From contig CM075990.1 of NCBI GenBank assembly GCA_038087875.1, positions 17,238,001-17,302,000 on the forward strand: a DNA stretch of 64,000 bases, given 5' to 3'. The notes beneath the pieces are model-generated. The model saw nothing but the letters and a program-made list of their open reading frames with translations, was not told where the DNA came from and made no database searches. The position numbers were made by a program, and so were the translations under genes. Below are positions 1-12,062 of this stretch, piece by piece (within the stretch, counting starts at the first letter, position 1; each line of letters begins with the position of its first letter). This DNA comes from Malacoraja senta. Lineage: Eukaryota.

Positions 1-111
1 GTTGTTGCTGTTGAGAAGAATACAACACTACTGCCTCCCCACGGGAATAAAACCTTCTCCTGGGGTCATGACGACTTCAGCTGTTCCCTGGGAAACTACG
101 GTACTGACAGG
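1..111 (+). CDS. WDFY4: WDFY4 internal coding exon (5' part cut by window edge): VVAVEKNTTLLPPHGNKTFSWGHDDFSCSLGNYGTDR
   Basis: Frame 1 is open and resembles the recalled WDFY4 segment AVERNKVLLPP..FSWGFDDFSC.LGSYGSDK. Donor G|GTGAGT at 112, phase 0. Confidence 0.9.
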
Positions 112-619
112 GTGAGTAAAACACATCAATCACTGAAAGCCAGCATCGCTTTGTTTCTTGTTTCAGCTGTGATGATAGACCAAGGCTCTTCCTGCTTTCT
201 CAATCCCCATTTGACAGGGGGCCAAGCGAGTTGGCCTTGTGAAGATAGACACACAAGCTGGAGGATCTCAGCGGGGCAGGCAGCATCTTTGGAGAATAGG
301 TGACGTTTCAGGTTGAGACCCTTCTTACCCACAGAGTTTGAAGAGTCTCGAGTTGAAACATCAACTATTCCTTTTCTCCAAAGATGCTGCCTGACCCACT
401 GAATTACTCAGGCATTTTGTGTCTATCTTCAGTTTAAACCAGCATCTGCAGTTCATTCCTCCACAGTTGTCCTTGTGCACCTTCCGATATGTATCTCCCA
501 CTCAACCCACAAAATTATTTAAGTACTGAACCGACTGGAAAGATCATGAGTGAGTTCTTCAAACTCAATGGGTTGGAATTGACTTAATTCTTACAGGACG
601 TCAGAGGATAGAATCTTCT

Positions 620-970
620 AGAATAGTGAAAGGCATATAGATTGGATGTGGAGAGGATGTTTCCACTGGTGGGAGAGTCTAGGACCAGAGGTCACAGCGT
701 CAGAATTAAAGGAGGAGGTGAGGAGGAACATCTTTAGTCAGAGGGTAGTTAATCTGTGGAACTCATTGCCACAGAAGGCTGTGGAGGCCGTCAGTGGATA
801 TTTTCAAGGCAGAGATAGACAAATTCTTGATTAGAACGGGTGTCAAGGGTTATGGGGAGAAGGCAGGAAAATGGGGTTAGGAGGGGGAGATAGATCAGCC
901 ACGATTGAATGGTGGAGTAGACTTGATGGGCTGAATGGTCTAATTCTACAGCTATAATTGGTGAACGTGA
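620..970 (+). mobile_element. CR1/HER1-type LINE 3' fragment (one of about 20 in the window)
   Basis: Encodes the CR1 ORF2 end (EVRRNIFSQRVVNLWNSLPQ) plus the 3' tail. Boundaries approximate. Confidence 0.8.
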
Positions 971-1253
971 ACTGCCAGCTCCTGCCTCTCTCCCCCGCCC
1001 CTCACCTCCTCCAGTAGTTCTCTCCCCTGTGGCATCTCAGTCCTGATGCTGCGTCTCCACCTGAAATGTCGACGGTCCCGCCTGCCCCCACAGCTGCTGC
1101 TTCCAGTTCCCCCATGGCGTTGTTTCCCCACGACCTGTTGGTTACTGGTAGACGCTCAGAACTGCAGATGCTGGCGTACAAAACCAGACACAAAATGCTG
1201 GAGTAATTTAGCGGTTCAGGCAGGATCTCTGGAGAACGCGGATAGGTGATGTT

Positions 1254-1417
1254 CAAGAAGGAACTGCAGATGCTGGAAAATCGAAGGTAGACAAAAATGC
1301 TGGAGAAACTCAGCAGGTGAGGCAGCATCTATGGAGCGAAGGAAATAGGCAACGTTTCGGCAACGATCCAGTCTGAAGAAGGGTTTCGGCCCGAAACGTC
1401 ACCTATTTCCTTCGCTC
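1254..1417. mobile_element. Palindromic Penelope-LTR-derived insertion nested in an older copy of the same repeat class
   Basis: 17-bp direct repeat CGCGGATAGGTGATGTT at 1237-1253 and 1418-1434. Contains CTGAAGAAGGGTTTCGGCCCGAAACGTC. Confidence 0.75.
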
Positions 1418-1491
1418 CGCGGATAGGTGATGTTTTAAGTTAGGGCCCTTCTTTAGACTGATTGTGGTTGGGGAAGAAATCTGGCAAAGAG

Positions 1492-1778
1492 AGGCAGTGG
1501 CAGAGTTGCTGCCTCACAGCTCCAGAGACCCCGGTTCGATCCTGACTAAGAGGCCTGTCTGTACGGAGTTTGCACGTTCTCCCCGTGACTGCGTGGGCTT
1601 TCTCTGGGTGCGCCGGTTTCTTCCCACATCCCAAAGACGTACAGGTTTGTAGGTCAATTGACTTCTGTAAATTGCCCCTGATGTGTAGGATAGAACTAGT
1701 GTACAGGGGTGATCGCTGGTCGGCGCGGACTCAGTCAGCCACAGGGCCTGTTTCTACGCTGTATATCTGAAGTCTAAA
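1492..1778 (+). mobile_element. HE1-type V-SINE (tRNA-derived). Further copies near 4487-4772, 5921-6248(-), 7684-7950(-), 13321-13545, 28489-28915, 44375-44665, 44917-45165, 54717-55000, 59138-59392, 62400-62708
   Basis: B-box GGTTCGATCC, V-domain CTCCGGTTTCCTCCCACA..CCAAAGAC and a CR1-like tail GGGCCTGTTTC...(TAAAC)n. Confidence 0.85.
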
Positions 1779-1935
1779 GGTGGGGCTTTGTCCAAGTGAT
1801 CGGTGGATGCAGGTGAGGGGGATTGGAAATGCAGCTGCTGCCTGCTTCATGCAGTCCTAAAGTGAATGTGGATTGAAAGATTGAACAGTAATCGGACATG
1901 AACACACTTTGAAAGTGTTCCTCCTTGTGACACAG

Positions 1936-2094
1936 GGCCAGACGGTGTTTGAGTGCCTGTCAGACTGGGGACAGTGCCTATGTGCGGTGTGTCCAACACC
2001 GGCCAAGGTCATTACTGGCGGGACCAGCACTGTCATCTGTGTATGGGAATTATTGAGCAGCAAAGAGAAATGGAAAAGCATGGCACTAAAAGAG
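1936..2094 (+). CDS. WDFY4: WDFY4 exon (WD40): GQTVFECLSDWGQCLCAVCPTPAKVITGGTSTVICVWELLSSKEKWKSMALKE
   Basis: Acceptor CACAG|, donor |GTACGT, 159 nt, phase 0-0. WD40 repeat motif. Confidence 0.92.
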
Positions 2095-2739
2095 GTACGT
2101 GACTTATTTTTTGCTATTTGTCCATCTGTTTCCTTCAACCAACTTTCCCGCTAGCATTTGCTAAGAAGGAACTGCAAGGAATGGGTGACTTTTCAAGTCG
2201 AGACACTTCCTCAGAATCTGAAGACTTCTTCAGTAAACCCGAAACTTCACCCATTCCTTCTCTCCAGAGATGCTGTCTGACCTGCTGAGTTACTCCAGCG
2301 TTTTGTGTGTACCTTTTCCTGCTACCATCTGATGTTCCAGAATATGGGATATGAGTCAAGGGATATAGGGAGAAGGCAGGAACGGGGTGCTGATTAAGGA
2401 TGATCAGCCATGATCACATTGAATGGCTGTGCTAGCTCGAAGGGCCGAATGGCCTACACATGCACCTATTGTCTATTGTCTATAATCTTCCTGCTAATGC
2501 CCCAGTCTGGGCTTTATTTATGAATGTAGGTGGAATCATTGAGCATACAGTGAGGCAACAGGCCCTTCAGCCCAATTTGTCCATGTTGACTCAAATGCCC
2601 CATCGAAGCTTGCCAAAACCGCTGGCTTTTGGTCCATATCCCTCTGAACCTTTCCTATCCATGTACCTGTCCAATGGCTTTTAAAAGTTCCCGATCCAAA
2701 ACGTCACCTATCCATGTTTTTCAAAGATGCTGCCTTGGA

Positions 2740-3105
2740 GGATGAGGGATTATCTTGAGAGGAATAGATCGGGTAGATGCACAGAGTCTCTTGCCCAGAG
2801 TAGGTTAATAGAGGACAAGAGGAAATAGGTTTAAAGTGAAGGGGAAAATATTTAATAGGAATCTGAGGGGTAACTTTTTCACACAAAGGGCGGTGGGTGC
2901 ATGGAACAAGCTGCCAGAGGAGGTAGTTGAGGCTGGGACTATCCTAACGTTTAAGAAACAGTTAGACAGGTACATGGATAGGACAGGTTTGGAGGGATAT
3001 GGACCAAGGGCAGGCAGGTGGGACTGGGGCAGCTGGGACATTGTTGGTTAGTGTGGGCGGGTTGGGCCGGAGGGCCTGTTTCCGTACTGTATCACTCTGT
3101 GACTC
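2740..3105 (+). mobile_element. CR1/HER1 LINE 3' fragment
   Basis: RGNFFTQRAVGAWNKLPEEVVEAGT..FKKQLDRYM plus the 3' tail. Confidence 0.85.
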
Positions 3106-3144
3106 CATGACAATGACACGGGTGTGAACCATTCTTTCCCCCAG

Positions 3145-3324
3145 GTTCTCCATGGCCATACGGAGGCTGTCACCTGCCTGGCTGTCAGTTTGACGTACAA
3201 CGTGATTGTGAGCGGGTCATGTGACAGGACCTGCATCATCTGGGACTATAACACCATGGCCTACCTCAGTCAACTCCAGCATCACCAAGCCCCAGTGACC
3301 GCCATCTCCATCAACAATACAACT
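3145..3324 (+). CDS. WDFY4: WDFY4 exon (WD40): VLHGHTEAVTCLAVSLTYNVIVSGSCDRTCIIWD...AISINNTT
   Basis: Acceptor TTTCCCCCAG|, donor |GTGAGT, 180 nt, phase 0-0. Canonical GH...WD repeat. Confidence 0.95.
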
Positions 3325-3765
3325 GTGAGTGTCACACCCCAGCTCGTTACTCAAAGGGTCATTGTATCCAAAGACTTCAAATGATGTTTAAGCTCACAAT
3401 TTTAAGTTAACCCCCACAGCCCCCACTCTCAATTTGTGCCCTTTTGTGTAAACCAGCAGTTCCTTGTTTCTACGTTATGAATCTGGGATGTTGTGTTATC
3501 TTCCTGGTACCACTGAACAGTTTAGTTAAATTTAGTTTAGAGATATAGCACAGAAACAGGCCCTTCGGCCCACCGAGTCTGTGACACCCAGCGATCTCCA
3601 CACACTAACACTAACCTACACACACTAGGGACAATTTACAATTTTTCCGAAGCCAATTAACCTACAAACCTGACGCTCTCACAGTTGCCCAAACTCAGTG
3701 CTCCACGCAGCCATCATCTGAAACTCTCATGAAACACTGGCAAACTTCCCCTCAAGGATATGCTA

Positions 3766-4161
3766 TGAATGAATGAATAAGTTTATTGCCCAAGTAGGTA
3801 CACATACAAGGAATTTGCCTTGGTGCACCGCTCGCAGTAACAACACCACATACAGTAACAATTAAGAAAAAAACATAAAAGATTAAAGATTAATAATAAA
3901 ACATTACAGTTTAAACATGTGAATTAAATAAAATTCCATAGCAAAAGGAGGCTACAGATGTTTGGTTATTGAGTAGAGCTACTACTCGTGGGAAAAAGCT
4001 GTTTTCATGTCTGGCTGTGGCAGCTTTGACAGTCCGGAGTCGCCTTCCAGAGGGAAGTGATTCAAAGAGTTTGTGGCCAGGGTGAGAGGGGTCAGAGATG
4101 ATCTTACCCGCTCGCTTCCTGGCCCTTGCAGTGTACAGTTCATCAATGGAGGGAAGGTTGC
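3766..4161 (-). mobile_element. Rex1/Babar-type LINE 3' end
   Basis: Minus strand reads NLPSIDELYTARARKRAGKIISDPSHPGHKLFESLPSGRRLR...NSFFP, followed by AATAAA and a (TTCA)n tail. Confidence 0.8.
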
Positions 4162-4179
4162 GGCCAATTTCTGCTCAGG

Positions 4180-4470
4180 CACACAGGTCCATCTGAGTAC
4201 AGGGTCCACCTTCCTCAGTAATGATCAAACAATCCAAAGTCCTCCCTACACCGTGCCTTTAAACACATACTTATCTGACTTCCAATTCCTGTGCTCACGA
4301 GCTTGTGTCACCAGAGATAACACAGAGATTACAACAGTGATCCTCCTGTATTAATCTGTGACCTACTTTGTTATATTTATGTCACAGGATATCATCCCTC
4401 TTTTTTACCGATGTCATTGGTACCAATACACACCATGATCTCTGGCTGTTGCCATCCTCTTTAGAATGGG
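4180..4470 (-). mobile_element. Decayed CR1 ORF1 (esterase/SGNH-like) fragment
   Basis: Frameshifted minus-strand translation includes QPEIMVCIGTNDIGK, the esterase motif of CR1 ORF1. Confidence 0.55.
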
Positions 4471-7204
4471 ATTGCATCATGATCACACAGCGGTAGAGTT
4501 GCTGCCTCACAGCGTAAGAGATCCTGACTATGGGTGCTGTCTGTACGGAGTTTGTACATTCTTCCCCCAACCTGCAAGGCTTTTCTCCGGGATCTTCGAT
4601 TTCCTCCCTCACTGCAAAGACGTGCAGGTTTGTAGGTTAATTGGCTCGGTATAATTGTAAATTGTCCCCAGTGTGTGTAGGGTAGTGTTAGTGTTCATCG
4701 CTGGTTGGCACGGACTCGGTGGGCCGAAGGGCCTGTTTCCACGCTGTATCTCTAAACTAAACTAAACTAAAGTCTAGCAATCTTCATGAGTGGATAAATC
4801 CAGGGAATCCGACAGGTTCTATGATTAGTAGGATGAGGAAAACTGGGAATGTTGTAGAAGGATGTTGTGGTTGAACAAATCGGAGACTGGAGCTACAGAC
4901 ACATCTGACAACACTTGGGGAATGATGCAGATGGGAAAGGACTCTGCTTGCTGCAATGATATATGTTACTACACACCTTAATATAGTTACAACACATTTG
5001 TGGAGGCATTAAACTGTTCATAGATGCTTTCCCCACTTCAGCCGGGAGAGGCAAGCTGGTACCTTGTTCTTGTAATGTTTTATTGCCGCAGGAGCCATTT
5101 ATAGCTGGGATTATATTGCCATATAATTTTATAATGGTGCGGAAAGTATAATCTTTTGCAATTTAAAAATGTTTGAGCTGGCTAAATTTTATTACCAAAT
5201 TGTAGCGACACAGTTGGGAATGGTTTTGCAGCGTGTCGATGAGATTAACGCACCTTCAATATACCTCATCAGCAGTGGTCGGCTGCCATCAAGCAATGCA
5301 AGCTGCATCTTTAATTGGTTAATTCAGGTGCAAAAAGAAATCGGGTGATCTTAAATCAATAAATTTAACGTAAAAGAATGAGTCAGACAGAGGAAAGTGA
5401 GGCATCACCAACATTCACTGTTAGTTAAGTCTTCCTCCGCTTCGTCATAAAGTCATGCATCGTGAAAACAGGCCCTTCAGCCCAACTTGCCCACACCAAC
5501 CAACATGTCCCATCTATACTAGCCCCACCTGCTTGCCTTTGGCCCATACCCCTCTAAAGCTATCCTATCCATGTATGTCCAAATGTTTCTTACATGTTGT
5601 GGTAGTACCTGTCTCAACTACCTCCGCTGGCAGCTTGTTCCATATACATACCCCCCTTTGTATAAAATAATTTCCCCATAGGTAGCTATTAAATCTTTCC
5701 TCCCTCACCTTAAACCGATGTCCAATGGTTCTTGATTCCCCTACTCTGGATAAAGGACTCTATACACTTACCCTAGTAACTTCCCCTGCAATGTACTCAA
5801 GTGGGAGGTAGACTTAGTAACTTGGTATTGGAAGAAACATCATTTGATTTCTCACCCCAACTCCTTCCACCCACAACTTCCCCACCGTAACTGACAGGGA
5901 GATCTGAGAGTTCTGAATGTTTAGTTCAGTTCAGTTCAGTTTAGTTTAGTTTAGTGATACAGCATTGAAACAGGTCCCCTGGCCCACAGAGTCCTCGCCA
6001 ACCAGCAATCACCCATTTACACTAGTTCTATGTTATCCCACTTTCTCATCCACTCCCCACACACTTGGGCCAATTAACTCTCAAACCTGCATTTCTTTGG
6101 GATGTGGGAGGAAACCAGAGCACTCAGAGGAAATCCACACAGTCACGGGGAAAACGGACAAACTCCGTACAGACAGCCCACGAGGTCAGGATCGACCCCA
6201 GATCTCTGGCGCTGTGAGACAGCAGCACTACCAGCTGTGCCACTGTGCTGGTAATGTGATCTTCTGCCAAATGCCTTTGATCGTCTGCTTGGGGAACCAT
6301 CCAAACCTCTAGAACGTTTTTTAAAAAACCAGGTAAAAGCTAAAATAAAAACTAATAACATTTTAAATGTTTCAAATTTTTACTTTTGAAATGTGTTGAT
6401 TTTTCTACTTTTTAGTTGTTAGCTTTAAATGAGAAGTTGATTGTTCACAGAAACAAAACAGAAGATGGGGCTATTTGTATAGAGAAAAAAAGATAAATGC
6501 AGCTTATTTTTTAATTGATATGAGTACTGGCAACTTTTTGTCTCCAAAAAAACACAGCCTATTAGCATTGCCCCTGTTTCTTTCCCCCGTATATACTCAT
6601 TGCCATCTACATTATTGATCACATGTGTGGTACATATTGGCAAGTTCCACATTCTATCTACACTGAAGGTAAAGCAGTTTGCCCTGGATTGTCTGACCAT
6701 GAAGTGTCTCAACCCGAAACGTCACCCATTCCTCTCCAGAGATGCTGCCTGACCCACTGAGTTACTCCAGCACTCTGTGAAACGTCACCTATCCATGTTC
6801 CAGCAGCATCTATGGAGCGAAGGAAATAGGCAACGTTTCGGCCCGAAACCCTTCCGGGTTTCGGCCCGAAACGTTGCCTATTTCCTTCAGGGTTTCGGCC
6901 CGAAAGGTTGCCCATTTCCTTCGCTCCACAGATGCTGCCTGACCCGCTGAGTTACTCCAGCACTCTGTGAAACGTCACCTATCCATGTTCTCCACAGATG
7001 CTGCCTGACCCGCTGAGTTACTCCAGCATTTTTCTGTCTATCCCCTGAATGTGATGTGGCACTTTGAATTACAAGTTTTCGTGTGTCTGGTTGTGTGTTG
7101 TGACTGTTGTGACCAGTTTCTCTCCGGGGATGAGTAAAGTTTTACCGTGTCGTATGGTATCGTTTTGTTACGCCCTCTCACCATTCAGTGCTTTCTTGTT
7201 TCAG

Positions 7205-7387
7205 GGGGACATTGCCTCCTGTGCGGGGACCTGCCTCTACCTGTGGACCCTCAATGGCCAGGCAGTCGCCAGCATCAGCATGGCCACAGAGCCGGCGAAG
7301 GAGATTCTGTGCTGTTGCTTCACGGAGATGCATGAATGGGACGATCGCAATGTTGTTATCACGGGATGTACTGATGGAACGGTGCAA
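7205..7387 (+). CDS. WDFY4: WDFY4 exon (WD40): GDIASCAGTCLYLWTLNGQ...EWDDRNVVITGCTDGTVQ
   Basis: Acceptor TTGTTTCAG|, donor |GTAAGT, 183 nt, phase 0-0. Confidence 0.95.
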
Positions 7388-8257
7388 GTAAGTCTAACAA
7401 GGAAGTGTAGACGCTGGTTTACACCGAAGTGACACAAAATGCTGCAGTAACTCAGCGGGTCAGGCAGCATCTCTGGAGAAAAGGACTAGGTGATCTTTCG
7501 GGTCCAGACCCTTCATCAAACTCAAGCCTGATGAAGGTTTTTGACCCGAAACATCATCTATTCCTTTTCTCCAGGGATGCTGCCTGACCCGTAAGCAAGT
7601 GTTACCAATAGCCAACAGCCCCTTGAATTCAAAGGATAAAACTATTCATATTCATACTGGCTTATTATAGTCACATATACAAAGTTTAGTTTTTACTTTA
7701 GAGATAGAGCATGGAAACAGGCCCTTCGGCCCATCGAGTCCACGGTGACTGTTCATACTAGTTCTATGTTATCCTACATTCTCATCCACTCCCTACACAC
7801 TTGGGACAATTTACAAAGGTCAAGTAACCTAAAAATATGCACATCTTTGGCATGTAGGAGCGAATGAATTTCATGTGCAAACTCCATCCAAACAGCAGCC
7901 GAGGTCAGGATCGAACCTGGGTCTCTGGTGCTGTGAGGTAGCAGCTCTACCAGGTTAAAAATCTTGCGTACTATCCAGTCAAATCATTACCCATACAGGA
8001 ATATAATCTATCCATAGACAAACACAGCAAAGATAAAAACTATCCAGAGTGTGGGACATGGTGTAGCAGCCACACAGAAGTGGCTACAGACTTTGGCTTC
8101 ACACTTTTATAGTTACCTAGTATTGAAGTTATTAATTCTGGTGTATTATTCATTATTTCAGTGTTATTGCACTAATGGGTCTGTTAATCTACAGCAAGTA
8201 AGAATTATCCTGGTGTGTGTGGTCGGTACCAATGACAAATAAACTTGACTTTCGAAT

Positions 8258-8594
8258 GGGCCTGTCCCACTTATGTGACTTTTTTGGTGACTGCCGCCAC
8301 CCGTCATAGGTCGTTGCAGGTCGCCGAAAATTCTCAACATGTTGAAAATCCACCGGCGACCAGAACAGGGTACGACTCTTTGAGTGACAACTCATGACCG
8401 TACACGCTTCACCCCGCGACATGGCGACACGTGACGCCTGTATGGTCGTGAGTCGTCTCCTCAGTCGCCCAAAGAGTCGTAGCGTCTTTCTGGGCGCAGC
8501 TGGATTTTCAACGTGTTGAAATTTTCGGCGACCTGCGACGACCTATGACGGGTGCCTGCAGTCGCCGAAAAAGTTGCGTAAGTGGGACAGGCCC
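8258..8594. mobile_element. Palindromic MITE, subfamily A
   Basis: TIR GGGCCTGTCCCACTTA ... TAAGTGGGACAGGCCC with extended internal inverted symmetry. Confidence 0.85.
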
Positions 8595-8852
8595 TTTACT
8601 CTCGACAGTTCAGAAGTGCTGCCAGGAGCTGACCATTAGTTTGTTTTCGTGGTTTTACAATAATTTTCTTCTTGTAAACATCTACCCATGGTGGGTGCTG
8701 GTATTATTTACAAGGGAAGACTGAGAGAGTAAGGTTGGCTGTCTGCTACTCCAGGGCTGAGATGGTTTCTACATGTTTATCTAATGTGGTGTCTTTTTCT
8801 GTTGCAAATCTTAAGGAGGTTTATAACATTGTGAATTATGTTCTAAACACAG

Positions 8853-8925
8853 TTATGGAAGACAGCGTTGACAAGAGTACAAGGGGAACACACTGCATCT
8901 CAGCACACCAGTACAGACAAACATG
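8853..8925 (+). CDS. WDFY4: WDFY4 short linker exon: LWKTALTRVQGEHTASQHTSTDKH
   Basis: Acceptor CACAG|, donor G|GTAATG, 73 nt, phase 0-1. Starts LWKT like IWKT in mammalian WDFY4 and gives the phase the next exon needs. Not in the ORF track. Confidence 0.8.
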
Positions 8926-9029
8926 GTAATGTTTCTGTCGTTTGTGTGTGAACTGGTTGAGGGGGATTCAATGAGCAACAACAATCTGCTGCAGATACAC
9001 AGTTGGTTAAACAGCAGATAGACACAACA

Positions 9030-9240
9030 TGCTGGAGTAACTCAGTGGGACAGGCAGCATCTCTGGAGAGAAGGAATGGGTGACGTTTCACAGAGTGCTG
9101 GAGTAACTCATCGGGTCAGGCAGCATCAATGGAGAGAAGGAATGGGTGACGTTTCACAGAGTGCTGGAGTAACTCAGCGGGACAGGCAACATCTGTGGAG
9201 AGGAGGAATGGGTGAGGTTTCGGCTCGAGACCCTTCTTTA
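9030..9240 (-). repeat. 66-bp tandem array (3 units) derived from the Penelope-like LTR
   Basis: TGCTGGAGTAACTCA starts at 9030, 9096 and 9162. Confidence 0.85.
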
Positions 9241-10160
9241 GAATCTACAGAGGGAAATGGACGGTGAACATTTCAGCTCCAAACCTTTCATCAGTCCAGA
9301 TAAAGGGTTCCGATCCAAAATGTTGATTGTCCCTCCCCATCACAGTTGCTGCCTGACCTACTGAGCTCCTCCAACAGATAGTTTTCTGATCCAGGTTCCA
9401 GCATCTACAAGATCTCGTTTAACTATCTCTCAGTTTCAGTTCAGTTTAGTTCATCGTCACGTGTACCGAGGTACAGTGAAAAGCTTTTGTTGCGTGCTAA
9501 CCAGTCAGCAGAAAGACAATACATGATTACAATCGAGCCGTCCACAGTGTACAGATACATGATTGGGGAATAGCGTTTAGTGCAAGGTAAAGCCATCAAG
9601 GATAGTCCGAGGGTCACCAAAGAGATTTCTGGTGCTGCCAGGCAGCAACTCTACCATTGCGCCACCGTACCGCACCATTATCTAACAAAAATATGGCCCA
9701 ATTATAGAGGAACCAATTAAGAGACCATAAAACAAAAGAAAAACCTACATATTTTGTTGTTACAAATGTATCTAGCAGAGACAATGGTTCCGAAAATGCT
9801 CTCCCATTATGGAAGGCTTCAAGCAGACAGGCAACGATTGGCAGATGGGTCAATTAAGAGACGAGAGCAGAGGTGAAGAGACACAAGGGTGTCAGATACA
9901 CGAGATGAGGAGGACTGAGATGTAAACCGGAGGGTGATTTATGGGAGAGGGGGTGGAGAGAGGGGGGGATAAAAGGGAAATATGGAACTTGGGGATGGGA
10001 GTTGAGCATCTCAAGCAGGGGAAGGAGCAGGGTGACTGGACTGCTGGGAGATTGGGGCATAAAGCTGGTATTCTGTGCCAGTGTTAAGTGTTCACCGACC
10101 ATGGCTTTATTGACTAGTTTTCTTAAAGTAATGTTGTTGGTTTGTAACAATGCTCCACAG

Positions 10161-10260
10161 CGGATGGCCGGTGGGAGCGGCAGGTCGTGCTTTGTCAGGA
10201 GCTGAAGCGGAGCAGCGTGCAGGGGAGCAGCCCCGCCATCACCAGCTTGGCCCTCTCCAG
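10161..10260 (+). CDS. WDFY4: WDFY4 penultimate exon: [34 protein letters not shown]
   Basis: Acceptor CCACAG|, donor AG|GTAACG, 100 nt, phase 1-2. Resembles the recalled KWEKNL..SPAVTALAVSR. Confidence 0.9.
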
Positions 10261-10297
10261 GTAACGGGTCTGCCTGTTAATGTTCACAGTCAGCTCG

Positions 10298-10486
10298 CAC
10301 ACACACACACACGTGCGCACATGCACGCACACACATACACACACACAGACACACACACGGACACACACACACGGACACACACACACACGGACACACACAC
10401 ACACGGACACACACACACACGGACACGCACACACACGGACACACACACACACGGACACACACACACACGGACACACACACACACGG

Positions 10487-10526
<40 letters not shown>

Positions 10527-10586
10527 ATGCACGCACACACATACGCACACACACGGACACGCACACACACACACGCACACACACGG

Positions 10587-10617
<31 letters not shown>

Positions 10618-10672
10618 CACACACACGGACACACACGGACACACACACACGCACGCACATACACACACACAG

Positions 10673-10704
<32 letters not shown>

Positions 10705-10850
10705 ACATACGGACACACACACACACACGGACACACACACACGGACACACACACACGCGGACACGGACACACACGGACACGTACACACATGCACACACAC
10801 ACACGGACACACACACGCGCACCCACACACGCACCCGCACTCACACACAC

Positions 10851-10943
<93 letters not shown>

Positions 10944-10974
10944 AACACACACGGACGCACACACACACACACAC

Positions 10975-11025
<51 letters not shown>

Positions 11026-11032
11026 CGCACAT

Positions 11033-11081
<49 letters not shown>

Positions 11082-11421
11082 CACACACACACGGACACAC
11101 ACACACACGGACACACACACACACGGACACACACGCACACGGACACACACGCACACACGTGCGCACATGCACGCACACACATACGCACACACACGGACAC
11201 ACACACACACGGACACACACACACATGGACACGGACACACACGCACACACACACACACGGACACACACACACACGGACACACACGCACGCACATACACAC
11301 ACACACAGACACACACACACACACACACACGACACACACACACACGGACACACACACGGACACACACATGCGGACACGGACACACACGGACACGTACACA
11401 CATGCACACACACACACAGGA

Positions 11422-11486
<65 letters not shown>

Positions 11487-11595
11487 GACACACGGACACA
11501 CACACACACAGACAGACACACGGACACACACACACACACACGGACACACGCACACACACACACACACATGCACACACGGACACACACATACACAC

Positions 11596-11648
<53 letters not shown>

Positions 11649-11675
11649 AACACACACGGACGCACGCACACACAC

Positions 11676-11734
<59 letters not shown>

Positions 11735-11766
11735 CGCACATGCCCACACACACACGAGCGCACATG

Positions 11767-11848
<82 letters not shown>

Positions 11849-11881
11849 CGCACATGCCCACAAACACACACATGCGCATAC

Positions 11882-11937
<56 letters not shown>

Positions 11938-11965
11938 CCGCACGCACACGTAGACACACACACTC
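10298..11965 (+). repeat. About 1.67-kb compound (CA)n microsatellite with CGGA/GCAC interruptions, in the last WDFY4 intron
   Basis: Directly visible. Source of the HT/VC pseudo-ORFs. Confidence 0.98.
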
Positions 11966-12062
11966 ACAAACTCACTCACAAACCCTCCCCAATCTAGGTG
12001 TTTCAAGTGAAAATAGAAAGAATACCTTGTGTTGTTTCGTCATTCTTCATGCTGGCGAGCTT

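Noticed and set aside
6711..7040. CRISPR-like recurring palindromic repeats
   Set aside because: No unique spacers and no cas genes in a vertebrate context. Explained by nested Penelope-LTR derivatives.
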